Source: Octopus bimaculoides (Eukaryota). Taken from it: 64,000 nt of DNA. Below, piece by piece: positions 1-12,152 of the stretch; within the stretch, counting starts at the first letter, position 1, and the number at the start of each line of letters is the position of its first letter. Below the pieces are notes generated by a model. That model worked only from the letters and a program-made list of their open reading frames with translations. It was not told the DNA's origin and did no database searches. Made by a program: the position numbers and the translations under genes. The stretch is taken from the NCBI RefSeq assembly GCF_001194135.2, contig NC_068984.1:66209991-66273990 (forward strand), in the 5' to 3' direction.

Positions 1-2
1 TA

Positions 3-517
3 CAGGATGCGCTGAATGAACTGTTGTCTAAATTATGCAAACATTAAAATAACATTGACATCTCATTTTATGAGTTATATTTACCAAAATTACATAAAAA
101 TATCTTCAAATACTAAGGAGTAAATTTTTTTTTATATATTATCGCCATTGGCTTCAACCTTGACCTCCAGACGACTTTGGAATCTCGTGCAATTCTTCTG
201 GATAGTCTCCTTGTTTAAGTTTGTGAATGCTACCATAATCCTTCCCTTCAGTTCATCTTTTATGTTACAAAGAGTTTTGTTGGTCTCTCACTCAACTGTG
301 CTCCATACATAATAAGGAGTTGCAGTCTGAGGAGTTAGGCGGCCAGATGTTAGGTGTGATGTAGTTGCGGAAATTGTCTGACAGCCATGACTGGGTTCTC
401 CTGCCTGTGTGGCATGGTGCAGAGTCTTGTTGCCAGACATAGGGTCTTCAAGCAGCCACCCTCTTGACTCAGAGCAACACTATCTCCTCCAGGCACTTGA
501 TGTAGGTCTCCATGTTG
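3..517 (-). mobile_element. Tc1/mariner (maT/DD37D-like) transposon relic: 3' half of transposase plus terminal sequence
   Basis: Minus-strand translation gives NMETYIKCLEEIVLL*VKRVAA*RPYVWQQDSAPCHTGRRTQSWLSDNFRNYITPNIWPPNSSDCN...QSRLEVKVEANGDNI*. The WQQDSAPCH and WPPNSxDxN motifs are spaced as in DD37D, and the third Asp is lost by a small deletion. The window starts TA-CAGGATG, resembling a TA target site plus CAGGGTG-type terminus. Stops and frameshifts make it inactive. Confidence 0.85.
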
Positions 518-696
518 ACAGTGCCCAACACTGACAGTACCCGACTGACCCTACTATATTGTGTAGTTGACAAAATCAAAAACAAACAATGCACATGCGT
601 GAAATTAAATATATAAAATGACAACAATTTACCCATTGCACCCTGTGTGTGTATATTTATATATCTATCTATCTATATATATATATATATATATAT

Positions 697-1138
697 NNNN
701 NNNNNNNNNNNNNNNNNNNNNNNNNNNNNNNNNNNNNNNNNNNNNNNNNNNNNNNNNNNNNNNNNNNNNNNNNNNNNNNNNNNNNNNNNNNNNNNNNNNN
801 NNNNNNNNNNNNNNNNNNNNNNNNNNNNNNNNNNNNNNNNNNNNNNNNNNNNNNNNNNNNNNNNNNNNNNNNNNNNNNNNNNNNNNNNNNNNNNNNNNNN
901 NNNNNNNNNNNNNNNNNNNNNNNNNNNNNNNNNNNNNNNNNNNNNNNNNNNNNNNNNNNNNNNNNNNNNNNNNNNNNNNNNNNNNNNNNNNNNNNNNNNN
1001 NNNNNNNNNNNNNNNNNNNNNNNNNNNNNNNNNNNNNNNNNNNNNNNNNNNNNNNNNNNNNNNNNNNNNNNNNNNNNNNNNNNNNNNNNNNNNNNNNNNN
1101 NNNNNNNNNNNNNNNNNNNNNNNNNNNNNNNNNNNNNN
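697..1138. other. Assembly gap flanked by (AT)n; further gaps at 1936-2480, 21677-22104, 25735-25744, 32769-32778, 34281-34603, 35635-35676, 55254-55622
   Basis: Runs of N; most are bounded on one or both sides by TA/AT microsatellites. Confidence 0.98.
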
Positions 1139-1375
1139 ATATATATATATATATATATATACTTATATGTGCATGTATATCATCATAAGTTTTATAACCC
1201 ATTAGTATGACAAGTTTTGTTCAGTATTATTATTATGACTATATTTATTATTATTTAAATTGCCTCAATGAGAAAATTATATCTCAATGTCATCCTGCAT
1301 GTGTATTTGTGTGTGTGAACTGTATGTATATATGTATGTATGCCTGTACATATGTAGGTATATGCATATATTTAT

Positions 1376-1408
<33 letters not shown>

Positions 1409-2784
1409 TATGTATACAAACACATACACACTCACATACTCACACGTTATGTATGCAAATTATTAAACAGCTGATTATTCTTTAATTCTTTTATTTGCAA
1501 ATCATTTTCACATGTATATTTCTAGGGATGGCTCATATTAAAGATGAATGGTATTTTGGGGAGACAGTAATAGGTTTATACCACAACAAATTTTTTTTAA
1601 ATGACAGACAGTTTAATTATAACTGTCAGGATGCAGTCACCTGGAGAAATCATTCTTTGAATCTATATATATCATTAAGCATTAAAATAGATAGTTTTTA
1701 TTTCACATAAAGTAAAATAAATTCCCTAACTAAGATATTGCATTCTGTGTTTCATTCTTGCTGTCTTTTTATACATACACACTTGCATATACACACACAC
1801 ACACATACACACATGCATACACACACACACAAACTCTTACAAAACGGCCTCATACATATGTAGATATATGTTATGCATATGCATATATATATGTCTGCGT
1901 GTATATATATATGTATACATATATATATATATATANNNNNNNNNNNNNNNNNNNNNNNNNNNNNNNNNNNNNNNNNNNNNNNNNNNNNNNNNNNNNNNNN
2001 NNNNNNNNNNNNNNNNNNNNNNNNNNNNNNNNNNNNNNNNNNNNNNNNNNNNNNNNNNNNNNNNNNNNNNNNNNNNNNNNNNNNNNNNNNNNNNNNNNNN
2101 NNNNNNNNNNNNNNNNNNNNNNNNNNNNNNNNNNNNNNNNNNNNNNNNNNNNNNNNNNNNNNNNNNNNNNNNNNNNNNNNNNNNNNNNNNNNNNNNNNNN
2201 NNNNNNNNNNNNNNNNNNNNNNNNNNNNNNNNNNNNNNNNNNNNNNNNNNNNNNNNNNNNNNNNNNNNNNNNNNNNNNNNNNNNNNNNNNNNNNNNNNNN
2301 NNNNNNNNNNNNNNNNNNNNNNNNNNNNNNNNNNNNNNNNNNNNNNNNNNNNNNNNNNNNNNNNNNNNNNNNNNNNNNNNNNNNNNNNNNNNNNNNNNNN
2401 NNNNNNNNNNNNNNNNNNNNNNNNNNNNNNNNNNNNNNNNNNNNNNNNNNNNNNNNNNNNNNNNNNNNNNNNNNNNNNNAAATGTTTTCCCCCCCTCTCT
2501 AAGAGAAACGATATACAACGCACAGTGAAGCTGATGTTTTAAAAGTTATATTGGTACTATAGAGGATTAGCTGGCACTTTCCTCATTATAATTACATCTA
2601 TCTCTCTTGACATTGAAGTTGTTACTGTAATTGGAAATGACTGAAATAAAAATAAAATTAAAATAAAATTTAAAAAAAATATTTTTATTGAAGTGGAAAT
2701 AAAAAGTTAATGTCTCATTCTTTTACCATTTTATTTAAATTCTTGTTTCTTAGAAAAGGATGGATAGGTATGGCTGAATATTAT

Positions 2785-2791
2785 TTATTAA

Positions 2792-2823
<32 letters not shown>

Positions 2824-2980
2824 TAATAATAATAATTATAATAATTATAATTATAATAATAATAGTAATGTTGCCACCACCAAAACCACCACCACTGTTA
2901 TAATCAATCAACATCACATCCTCTTTATCACCATCAACATTACCACCACCATCACCCATCATCATCATCCTCATCATCAA
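2785..2980. repeat. (AAT)n then (CAC/CAT)n low-complexity tract
   Basis: Direct reading of trinucleotide runs. Confidence 0.9.
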
Positions 2981-3348
2981 AATACATAGATGTAAAGGTG
3001 CTAGATGGAATTGGAATCATTAGCAAAATGCTAAGAGAAATATCTCCTGCTTGGCAGGTAAGCACTTGATAAAAGGTTATTCATGACAAAGAATATTGGA
3101 GGTAGATATCTAGAATATGAAAGGCGTTTACAAGAGGACGAAACTTCACTGTTATATATTGATGATGAAAGAATGCAAATGGAAGGTAAGTTCTGCATGA
3201 AGAAGAAAAACTTAATGTGCAGAGATCTGGAAATTTGGAAAAAGAGAAATCCAAAGGAATGGAGAAAGAATGAGAATCAAGGGTACATAGAAAGATATTT
3301 GAAGGAATCTAAGAACGAGACTGCAGAAACTGTTCTGTGGAATTTTTG

Positions 3349-3665
3349 CTTAAACCTTTTAACATCACCCTACCCCAAACTACCCTAGGTCTATGATAAA
3401 AATTTTCTGTTTTAAGTGTTATAAATTAAAACCTTCCAACAAAATTAAACCATTTAATATCACCCCTATCTCATACCACTCTAGGGCTATGATAAAAAAA
3501 TTTCTATTTTAAAGAGATACAAATTAAAACCTTCCATCAAAATTCCATGTTAATTTATGTTCCAAACACCTGTTTAATAACAACAAATTTATTTGAATAA
3601 ATATCTCGTTATTTTCAAAATTAATTGAAATAAATGGTAGTATATTTCAAGACAAAAAGATACAG
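3349..3665. mobile_element. Degenerate TTAA-type MITE (family 2) with its first ~100 bp duplicated in tandem
   Basis: CTATGATAAAAA...AAATTAAAACCTTCCA occurs twice (about 3360-3455 and 3460-3545). The body resembles 30911-31113 in reverse orientation and fragments at about 6340-6520 and 18900-19215. Confidence 0.5.
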
Positions 3666-3780
3666 TAATAATACTCAAAAGTTTTTCGCCTTTATGTCAT
3701 GAATATTATAAAGGATTAAGTGTATAACTAAGGTTCCAGGATAACCAGTTCCAGTAATAAAGGATTGAAATATGGTAGTT

Positions 3781-4290
3781 AAAGAATTTGGGAGGGAAGC
3801 AAATAACATGAAAAATGTGACATATATGCAGGAAAAGCCCTTCTATTATATGCAATATGAATGTAAAATATTTCTTGTGAATTTTGTTATATGACATAAC
3901 AATGCATGGATTGCCTTAACAGTAGCTTGGGAATTACAAGGAACAAAATTGATAAAGAATGTTCTGGGGGAAACAAATGATATCAAATTTGTGATATGTA
4001 TGCAAGAAGATACTCTTTATAATATGCCAATATGAATGTAAAATATTTGCTGTGAATAAGTATGTTCAAACTATAACAATGTATGGATCATCATAGCAGT
4101 AACTTGGGAAATGACTGGAGCAAGAGTGACAAAGAATATGGGAGGGAAACAAATGACACGAAATTTGTGGTAGGTATGCAGGGAAAAGAAACTCTTCATT
4201 ACATGCTACACAGATGTAAAATATTTGTTGTGAATGATTATGTTAAAGAGCATAACAATACATGATTCATCTTGGCAATTGGTTAGGTTT
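3781..4290 (+). repeat. Three degenerate tandem copies of a ~175-bp unit
   Basis: Units start AAAGAAT at 3781, 3954 and 4131 and share GGG(A/G)GGAAAC/GCAAAT, ATGTAAAATATTT..TGTGAAT and ATAACAAT..ATGGAT blocks. Confidence 0.85.
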
Positions 4291-4469
4291 GAAAAGTATC
4301 TGGGTGGTATAAAAAAAAAGGGCAAAAAGCAAAAAACATGTAAAATAAAGGACAACACTAGAGAATAAGGAAAAACAGTGTTGGGATTTGCAGTAACATA
4401 TGCATAAGTCCACCCTGGCCAGAAGACCATATCAATTCTAAAGAACACTCAATATTAAATACTACCACC

Positions 4470-4570
4470 ACTACTACTACTAATAATAATAATAATAGTA
4501 ATGATAATGATCATAATAATAATAACAATAATAATGATAATAATAATAATAATAATAATAATAATAGCTA
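4470..4570. repeat. (AAT)n microsatellite
   Basis: Direct reading. Confidence 0.95.
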
Positions 4571-4900
4571 TTATTCATTTATTTATTGTCAGTTTTGTTA
4601 TGGTTTCTGTGGCTGGATGTCCTTCCTAATATTTACAATGTTTATGAATATGTAACAGAAGTTAAATGTCACAAATATGAACAATTTCAAAGTGATTTAA
4701 TTTCTTTTGTTCTTTTCTTTCTTTTTTTTTTGTTTTGTTTAGAAACAAATCTAGATTGAACTTAAAGCATTTTGAAGTGAATGTGGCATGATTATCATAT
4801 TTCACTCCCACCTACCATAATTTCTTCTATCTAACTTTAGCAACTTTCCAATGTAAAATTTATACCAAGTAACCTGATTAACCGATCCTAAGGGATTGCA

Positions 4901-5470
4901 AGCTATGGCTTTGAATCTGCTCAGGGTTATCTCTCTTTAGTATTTCCCATTGTGGAAGGCTAAAGAGCTAGAAACACGCATCTGAGAATCCACTAGAGTG
5001 AAGCACTGAGTAGATATGATGTTGTTTTTGCACTTTTAATTGTAAGAGCCAATTTTTTTCCCCATAGCAACTGTTGTGAATTTGGTTTTAGAAATATAAA
5101 ATACATTACCAACATATTTTAACGAACATAACGTTTGTTTATTCCTAATCACAGCTTGGCACTGATGCTACTACTTTTATTCTGACTAGGCAGTCTACTA
5201 GCACAATTCAGTCTCTAATGTTGACTGTTTTTTAGTTAAAGCTATGACTTTGAATCTGATCAAGGTTATCTCTCTTTGGTATTTCCTACTGAGGAAGGCT
5301 AAGGAGCCAGAAACTCATGTCTTGGAATCTTCTAGAAGGAAGCACTGTGTAGATATGGATTTTTTACACCTTTAACAATAAGTAAGAATTTGTTTTCCCT
5401 ATGGTAAATAGTGATTTTGCCTTTAGAAGTCAAAATATATCACAAACATATTTTAACTAGCCTAAATTTT
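4901..5470 (+). repeat. Diverged direct repeat pair, ~235 bp each (4901-5135 and 5240-5470)
   Basis: Both begin AGCTATG(G/A)CTTTGAATCTG.TCA(G/A)GGTTATCTCTCTTT.GTATTTCC and end ACATATTTTAAC. Confidence 0.85.
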
Positions 5471-5927
5471 GATTATATATTTAATCTTGTTATGATTTAT
5501 TTTCACTTGCACCCTCAGTTTACATTTTTCTATGGCTCAAGCATCTTAATACATTAAAAAAAAAACTTTTTTTTATATTTGATTTGTCATTTATTTATTT
5601 TTGTTTGACAAAAATAATTATCAAATTTGCATAGAGACTGAAAACTATCGCAGCATTACTTTTTTGCAGGTTTATAATAAAACTTAAATTCAATACTCCA
5701 AAGTAATAAAACACTAGTTAATTAATTATACAATACTCCAGCTGCTTACATAGTAATTATTTACAATTAGGTAAACTCATTTTTTTCTTGCATTAAGCTT
5801 TGTAGTTTACCTGGTTGTAAGCTAAAACTTGTATCATTTCATGACTGTGGTTGTCATAATCTTTTGTTACCATATTTTTCCTGAAAGATACTGCCTTCAT
5901 TTAAATTCATTTTAAAAATGATCTTTC

Positions 5928-6327
5928 ATCTTTTATCTTTTACTTGTTTCAGTCATTAGACTGCAGCCATGCTGGGGTACTCCCTTGAAGAACTTTTAGT
6001 CAAATGAATTAACCCTAGTATGCTCTTTTTTTTAAAACCTGGTACTTATTCTGTTGTCTCATTTGCTGAACCACTAAGTTATGGGGGTGTAAACACATCA
6101 ACACCAGTTGTCAAGTGGTGAAGGGGGGACAAACACAAACACAACAACACACATATATAGATATATACATACACACACACATATATACAATGGGCTTCCT
6201 TCAGTTACTGTCACTTGCAAGGCTTTGGTCTGCCCAAGACCATAACACTGCTTGCCAAGGTGCCATGCAGTGAGACTGAACCCAGAACCATGTGGTTTGG
6301 AAGCAAACTTCTTATCACAGAACCATG
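5928..6327 (-). mobile_element. tRNA-headed SINE, family B, near full length
   Basis: Reverse complement matches the copy at 52131-52524, including the GGTTCAGTCTC B-box, internal (TG)n and GACTGAAACAAGTAAAAGA tail. Confidence 0.85.
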
Positions 6328-7100
6328 TGATAATGGCTTTGTCACAAATAATGACAAAGTTATTTAAAAATAACTTTGTCATTATTAAACTGGAGTTTGG
6401 AATATAAATTTATATGAAATTCTGATAGAAGGTTTTAATATTGATCATATCAAACAGGAAATTTGTATCATAAAACAAGGGACGATCTTATGCAAGTTGG
6501 TGTCAAAGGAGTTAAGATAACTTGTTTCATTTCTAAGTAACTTATATTTGACTAAGCAAGCAATCTTATAATCAGATATATTCCAATGATGACTATCCCA
6601 CTTTTTAGGGCTACATTGGACTACATTAATGAATGTGGTCTTACTCGTTTAAGACAGCAGGTGTTTGGTTTATGAAAGATTTAGCAGCTATTCTCACAGT
6701 TCAAATGATCATATAGAGACTTCTACATTAGTTTGCAATTAAGGAAAGTAATAAACTTAACAGGCATTTTTATGACTTCATGATGCTCACTCCATGTTTG
6801 AGAAGTTTCTCATTTGAATGCAATACTTTATTTCAGGTCTTTTAATTTAAGCCTTTATTAACTGATAAATAATCCTACTTATCCAAATTATTTCCTTTTA
6901 ATGAGTTGTATGATAATTCTTCATTAAACTTCTATGCTACTTTAGTACTTTAGTCATATATAGGTGGTTTTCCTACTCTGGAAGAAATGGATGTTGTTGT
7001 TTGGTTTGTTTGTTTACAATCTCTTTGTCTCTCTTTCTCCCTCTCCCTCTCTCTCTTTCTCTCTCTTCCTCTCTCTTCCTCTCTCTCTTCCTATATATAT

Positions 7101-7164
7101 AATATTTCCCTTCGTTCAGACATGAACAACACGATAGCTGGAGATGGTTTCATGAAAGATAGCA

Positions 7165-7203
<39 letters not shown>

Positions 7204-7215
7204 GAAACACATATG

Positions 7216-7266
<51 letters not shown>

Positions 7267-8464
7267 GTGTGTGTGTGTGTTAGCTGGAAATGCACAAAGA
7301 AGCTTTGAATGAAATATATATGTGCATAATCACATTTAACATGGTAATGTATACTTGAACATGGTAAGACCTTTCACTGTGGAAATAATCACAGAAATAA
7401 TTCTCCTAATAGATAATATGAGTGAAAACATCATTGAGCTATGAGTATTGTTGAATCATAGGATGTCCTTACAGTGCTATGAATGTCTGATTCAGTATTC
7501 ATAGCTAATGAAGCATAATGCTGAAGAAATACATGTTCTATGATCTGCTGGCATTATTCATAGTCCAATGATAGTTCTCACATATTGTCTATGAGGAGTG
7601 TTTACCCTTGAGACTATTTTCACAGTGAAAGATTTTTCCACATCTGAAGGTGCATGAAAGTTAAATATAACTGTACACACATATATTTTATTCAATGCTG
7701 TTTCATGTATCTCTAGTTAATTCATTCTAACTTGGCAAACCTGTGTATGCATTAGCAAATGCAATATTTGATGTTCTTGTATATAAGAGCAACTGTTCTT
7801 ACATGAGTGTGGACAACTAATTCAGTTTTCTTAGTTGATGAAGTGTAATGACACAGAAATGCATGAATCCTATGATATGCTGTCGTTCATGGCTCAAGGA
7901 AGTATTTCACACATTGTCTTTGATGAGAAATTTCCTCCTGGAACTATTTTTGCAGCAAAGGTTTTCCCATATTCAAATATACATGGATGTGTTATATATT
8001 ATTAAACACATGCACACACACACATACACACACGCACACACTCACACACATAACAAAAATGTATTCTATCCAGTGAGAGATAAATATCATTTAATACACA
8101 CCTTTCCAGTTATTTCTTGCATATATGTGGCATGCTATAAAAGCTTGTTCAACCATCATATTTTCAGAGGCATGAAACTAATAGTTGTTTTTATTAAATG
8201 ATATGCATGTATATGTATTTTATAAGCCATTGTAAAATTCTCAACGAACACACATAATATTTGCATGTATATAAATGTCTGCATTGTCAATGTCATTTTA
8301 ATGTTCATCTTTTTCATGTTTGTGTGGGTCAGACAAAATTTGTTATACAGCCAGGTGCCTTTCCTGTCACCAACATACCAATTGCTTCCAAGTAAAGTAA
8401 TATTTCCCTTCTAACAGACATGAACAACACAATAGCTGGACATGGTTTCATGAAAGATAGCAAG
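7101..8464 (+). repeat. 66-bp direct repeat pair (7101-7166 and 8399-8464), each followed by (AT)n
   Basis: AATATTTCCCTTC...CAGACATGAACAACAC.ATAGCTGGA.ATGGTTTCATGAAAGATAGCAAG with about 5 mismatches. Confidence 0.9.
7442..7985. repeat. Old tandem duplication, period ~330 bp
   Basis: Anchors CTATGATCTGCTG (7538) and CTATGATATGCTG (7870); TCACA(T/C)ATTGTCT, ACTATTTT and TTTTCC.CAT are collinear in both copies. Confidence 0.7.
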
Positions 8465-11400
8465 ATATATATATATTTATTTATATATATATATATATAT
8501 ATACATATATATATGCACACATACACACATGCATAGACACACACATGCACACACATACACACATACATACTTATACATACTGATGTGCATGCACTGGTAC
8601 AAACATAGAAGAAACCACTTGTGTACAAAGGCAAGTGGTTCATGACTGTTAAGCAAGATCACAACTTGTTTACTATTACATCCAATTATAATTCACAAAA
8701 TAAATCCTTTAAATATTTTTTAATGGTCAAAATGATCTGAGAAAGCTATAACACCCAATACTGAATAAACATCAAGCTGATAATAAAAAAAACATAAAAA
8801 ACTGAAATGACATTTAATGATTGTGATGCATATAACTATAAAGTGCATAACTATAAACAAATTTCTTTTATCATTGATCCTTCCCGTTATATGTTTGCAT
8901 TTTAAAATTTTGCTAAACTGATATCAAATATCTATTTACTTGTATTTAGTTGTAAATACATGAAGAAAACTACTTCTACTATCTTGTTATATTTTGATTT
9001 CAGTAAATAATTCAGGAAAATTGCAATAAACAAAATAAATAAATAAACATATCAAAGTAGTTTTTAATTCAGTGTTTTGAAGTAGAAGTTAAAATCTTGT
9101 TTTATGGATTATTTATAAAATTTAAACCTAGTGAAACAAGAATGGCATACAAACTATTTAATGTTTATTTATATATATAAAGGACTTTCCTAATAAAAGT
9201 AAGTTAAGAACTATCAAATACTGTTATACCACATGCCAACATTCTGTTATAAATTGAGTAGAGGAAGATATATACCAAGCAACCTACTTTGCACCATTCT
9301 ACATAACGAAAATGGATTAATAAACAATTTTTTGTTTTTATTCTTAAATATCATAGTAAATGTATTTGACTTCAAACTTTTCCTCTGGATTTGCAATTAT
9401 TTCCAAACTGTTGTTTTTATTTGTTTTAGTAACTGAACTGTGACCGTGCTGGAACTTTTAAGATATAGTCAATCACATGACCCCCAAGAACATTTTATTG
9501 ACAGGCAATATTTGTTTAAACTCAGAAGGATAAATGTAAAGAAAATGTCAACCTCCACAAAATTTGAACATAAAGGAACATGACCTAAATAACACTAAAG
9601 GCATTTTGTCCATCTACATACTGGGTTTGCTATCTTTTTATCACGATGTATTTGTTACACATTTACAAATAATAATTTGAATCTTAAATTTTATTTACTT
9701 GAAACAGAAAATGCAATTATTTTATTAGTGAAATAAGGTTTTGAAGTTACAATTTGTGATACATTGCATATTTATTTACTTGTCAATAGTTATTACAAAA
9801 GACTTATCAGTATTTATTGGAACAGTCATTACAACAGTTATCACAAAGAACTACATGACGAAGGTGTCATGAGGACATGGAATGTTCAAATCAGCTTGTG
9901 TTAAATTGTAGTTGAAATATCTTGAGTTCATTTTCTGTCACAAGAATGTCGCACGTCGACAAAACATTAAATTTTCCTGCCAAAATCAAAACATTACAGT
10001 GGGTTAGCACTGAACTAGACTGAATGATGGAAACAGAATTATTCTGTTGGGGGTAAGTGTATGTATTATATGAAGCACCAAACATGTTAACTTTCTTTAA
10101 AATATCTCTGAGCACAATTTTTTTCTAATTGATAATTTTAAAACATTAACTTGCCATTAGGCATAGGAAGTTTTGAATTTTGAGATCAAATCCTATGAGA
10201 ATTATCTTTGCCTTTCATCTTCCTGGAATTGATACCAAGATTAAAAATTTGCCAAGTTTTCAAATATAGTTTGTTGATTAATTTTAGTTCCTTCCGTATT
10301 TTGAAAAGTTAATTAAATGTATTCATTAAACTGTAAAGCAATCCTTTAACTTTCAACTAAGCTTAGATCCCCATTCTCCTAAATAAAAAAAAAGAAAAAC
10401 ATATTAGATGTTTAAAAATAAACACCTTTCTGAATAAAGTTTTCAAAGTAAATATTACAAACTTTCACACCATAAAGCATTTATTATCAAATATTTACCA
10501 TTAAGGGAAAATGTACATTAAGCTGTCTAGTTGGGATTTCGAATTCAAAATCAGTTGAAAGTTTGACATTTAAAACATTGAAAGTTTGGGAAATTTTTAT
10601 GATAAAATATCATGCTTAGCATACGTTAGAAGTAAATAGTGCCTCTACATAACCCTACCAAATATAACTGCTTCAGTTAACTGTATATAATCATGCAGTT
10701 GAAAACTAATGTTATGCAGTTTGTTTGTTTGTCTTTCTATCTCTTTTTTATTTTATGTTTTTTTTTTTCAACTCAGGTATATTTTATACCAAAGTTAAAT
10801 GCACATTTTCTGAGCAAGTTGCAGAATCATTTGTCAGATAAAAAAAAATATTGTGATATTAGCAAATATAGAAATGGTAATTTCAGATATGAAGAGTAGG
10901 AGTCCTTCCTCCTTCATAGAAGCAGAAAAGCATTAAGTATCAATTAATAATTAACAATTAATAATTAAAAATAATAAGCAATAGCATAAAAAGAAATGCT
11001 TCAAACAAATGTCATTGAAACATCAAAGATAACTACAGCATGCAGCGAGTCATTTCGTGATAATTTATAAGGTTGGAAAAAAACATGTGTTAGTAGAACA
11101 TCAAAGAATTATTGATTTAACACTATTTGATGAGCTCGCCCCAGCAATGTGAGGGAGATGCATGTCATCAAAGTAGATAGGTTTGATAAAATACCACAGA
11201 ATCTTAAAATTACATAAACAATTAACAGGTGTGATGTGATGAAGGTTGACAGTAGTTTTCCACTATCAAAGAAATGTTAATATATGACCAATATGCCACC
11301 TGGTACACTGAGGTTTAAGCTTAAATGCTTTGTGATGGAAGAGGTGGTGGTGGTGAGGATGGTGAGTGAGCAACAAAAGCATAATGCATTTGGGATAAAA

Positions 11401-11976
11401 AAGTAAACAAACAAAATACTGATAGGAGATACAGTTAGTGGTAATGGCAATACGTTTATACTTTAATGATATATATATACATGTGTGTTTGTGTGTGTGC
11501 ATGTGTGTGTAATATATATACATACACATATATAGGTATGTATCCATATAGACATATATATGCATACTTATGTGTATATATATATATACGTGAGTGTGCA
11601 TATATATATTTATACACACACATATGAATTTATATATACACATACATATAAATACATATATATACGTATATATACATACATACATGCGTGCCTGAGTATG
11701 CATGCATGTGTAAAAGATGGATAGCACATTCAGTTGAGCATCAGGCAATATATGTTGTGATGTTCAGTTCAGTAATTTCTCTCTGCGTTCTAAATGCAAA
11801 TCTTTGATAAGGTCTATTTTGCTTTACATTATACCTCATTAAATAAAATTAATATATGTAATGTAATCAATTAAACACCATAATTTAGTGCTCCAGCCTG
11901 GTCACACTTCAATGACTGAAATCAGCAAAAAGAATAAAAGAATGTGAGCTCACGCACGCACACACACACACACACG

Positions 11977-12152
11977 TCTTTTATCGTTTAATTGTTTCAG
12001 TCACTGGACTGTAGCCATGCTGAGGCACCACCTTGAAGAGTTTAGTCAAACAAATTGACCCCAGTACTTGCTTTTATAAACCTTGGTACTTATTATATCA
12101 GTTCCTTTTACCAAACTGCTAAGCTATAAGGACATAAACAAACCAACACCAA
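11977..12152 (-). mobile_element. SINE family B, 3' part
   Basis: TTGTTTCAGTCACTGGACTGTAGCCATGCTG...GACCCCAGTACTT...AAACCAACACC matches the family B tail. Confidence 0.75.

Noticed and set aside
618-2542. Long ORFs spanning N runs (also 21560-22366, 34086-34821, 55215-55826)
   Set aside because: They are open only because gaps translate as X; the flanks are (AT)n.
2990-3057. Open 68-nt segment (VKVLDGIGIISKMLREISPAWQ) ending CAG|GTAAGC
   Set aside because: Good donor but no pyrimidine tract at the acceptor and no recognisable homology.
3083-3388. 101-aa purine-rich ORF
   Set aside because: No recognisable domain, and its 3' end runs into a MITE.
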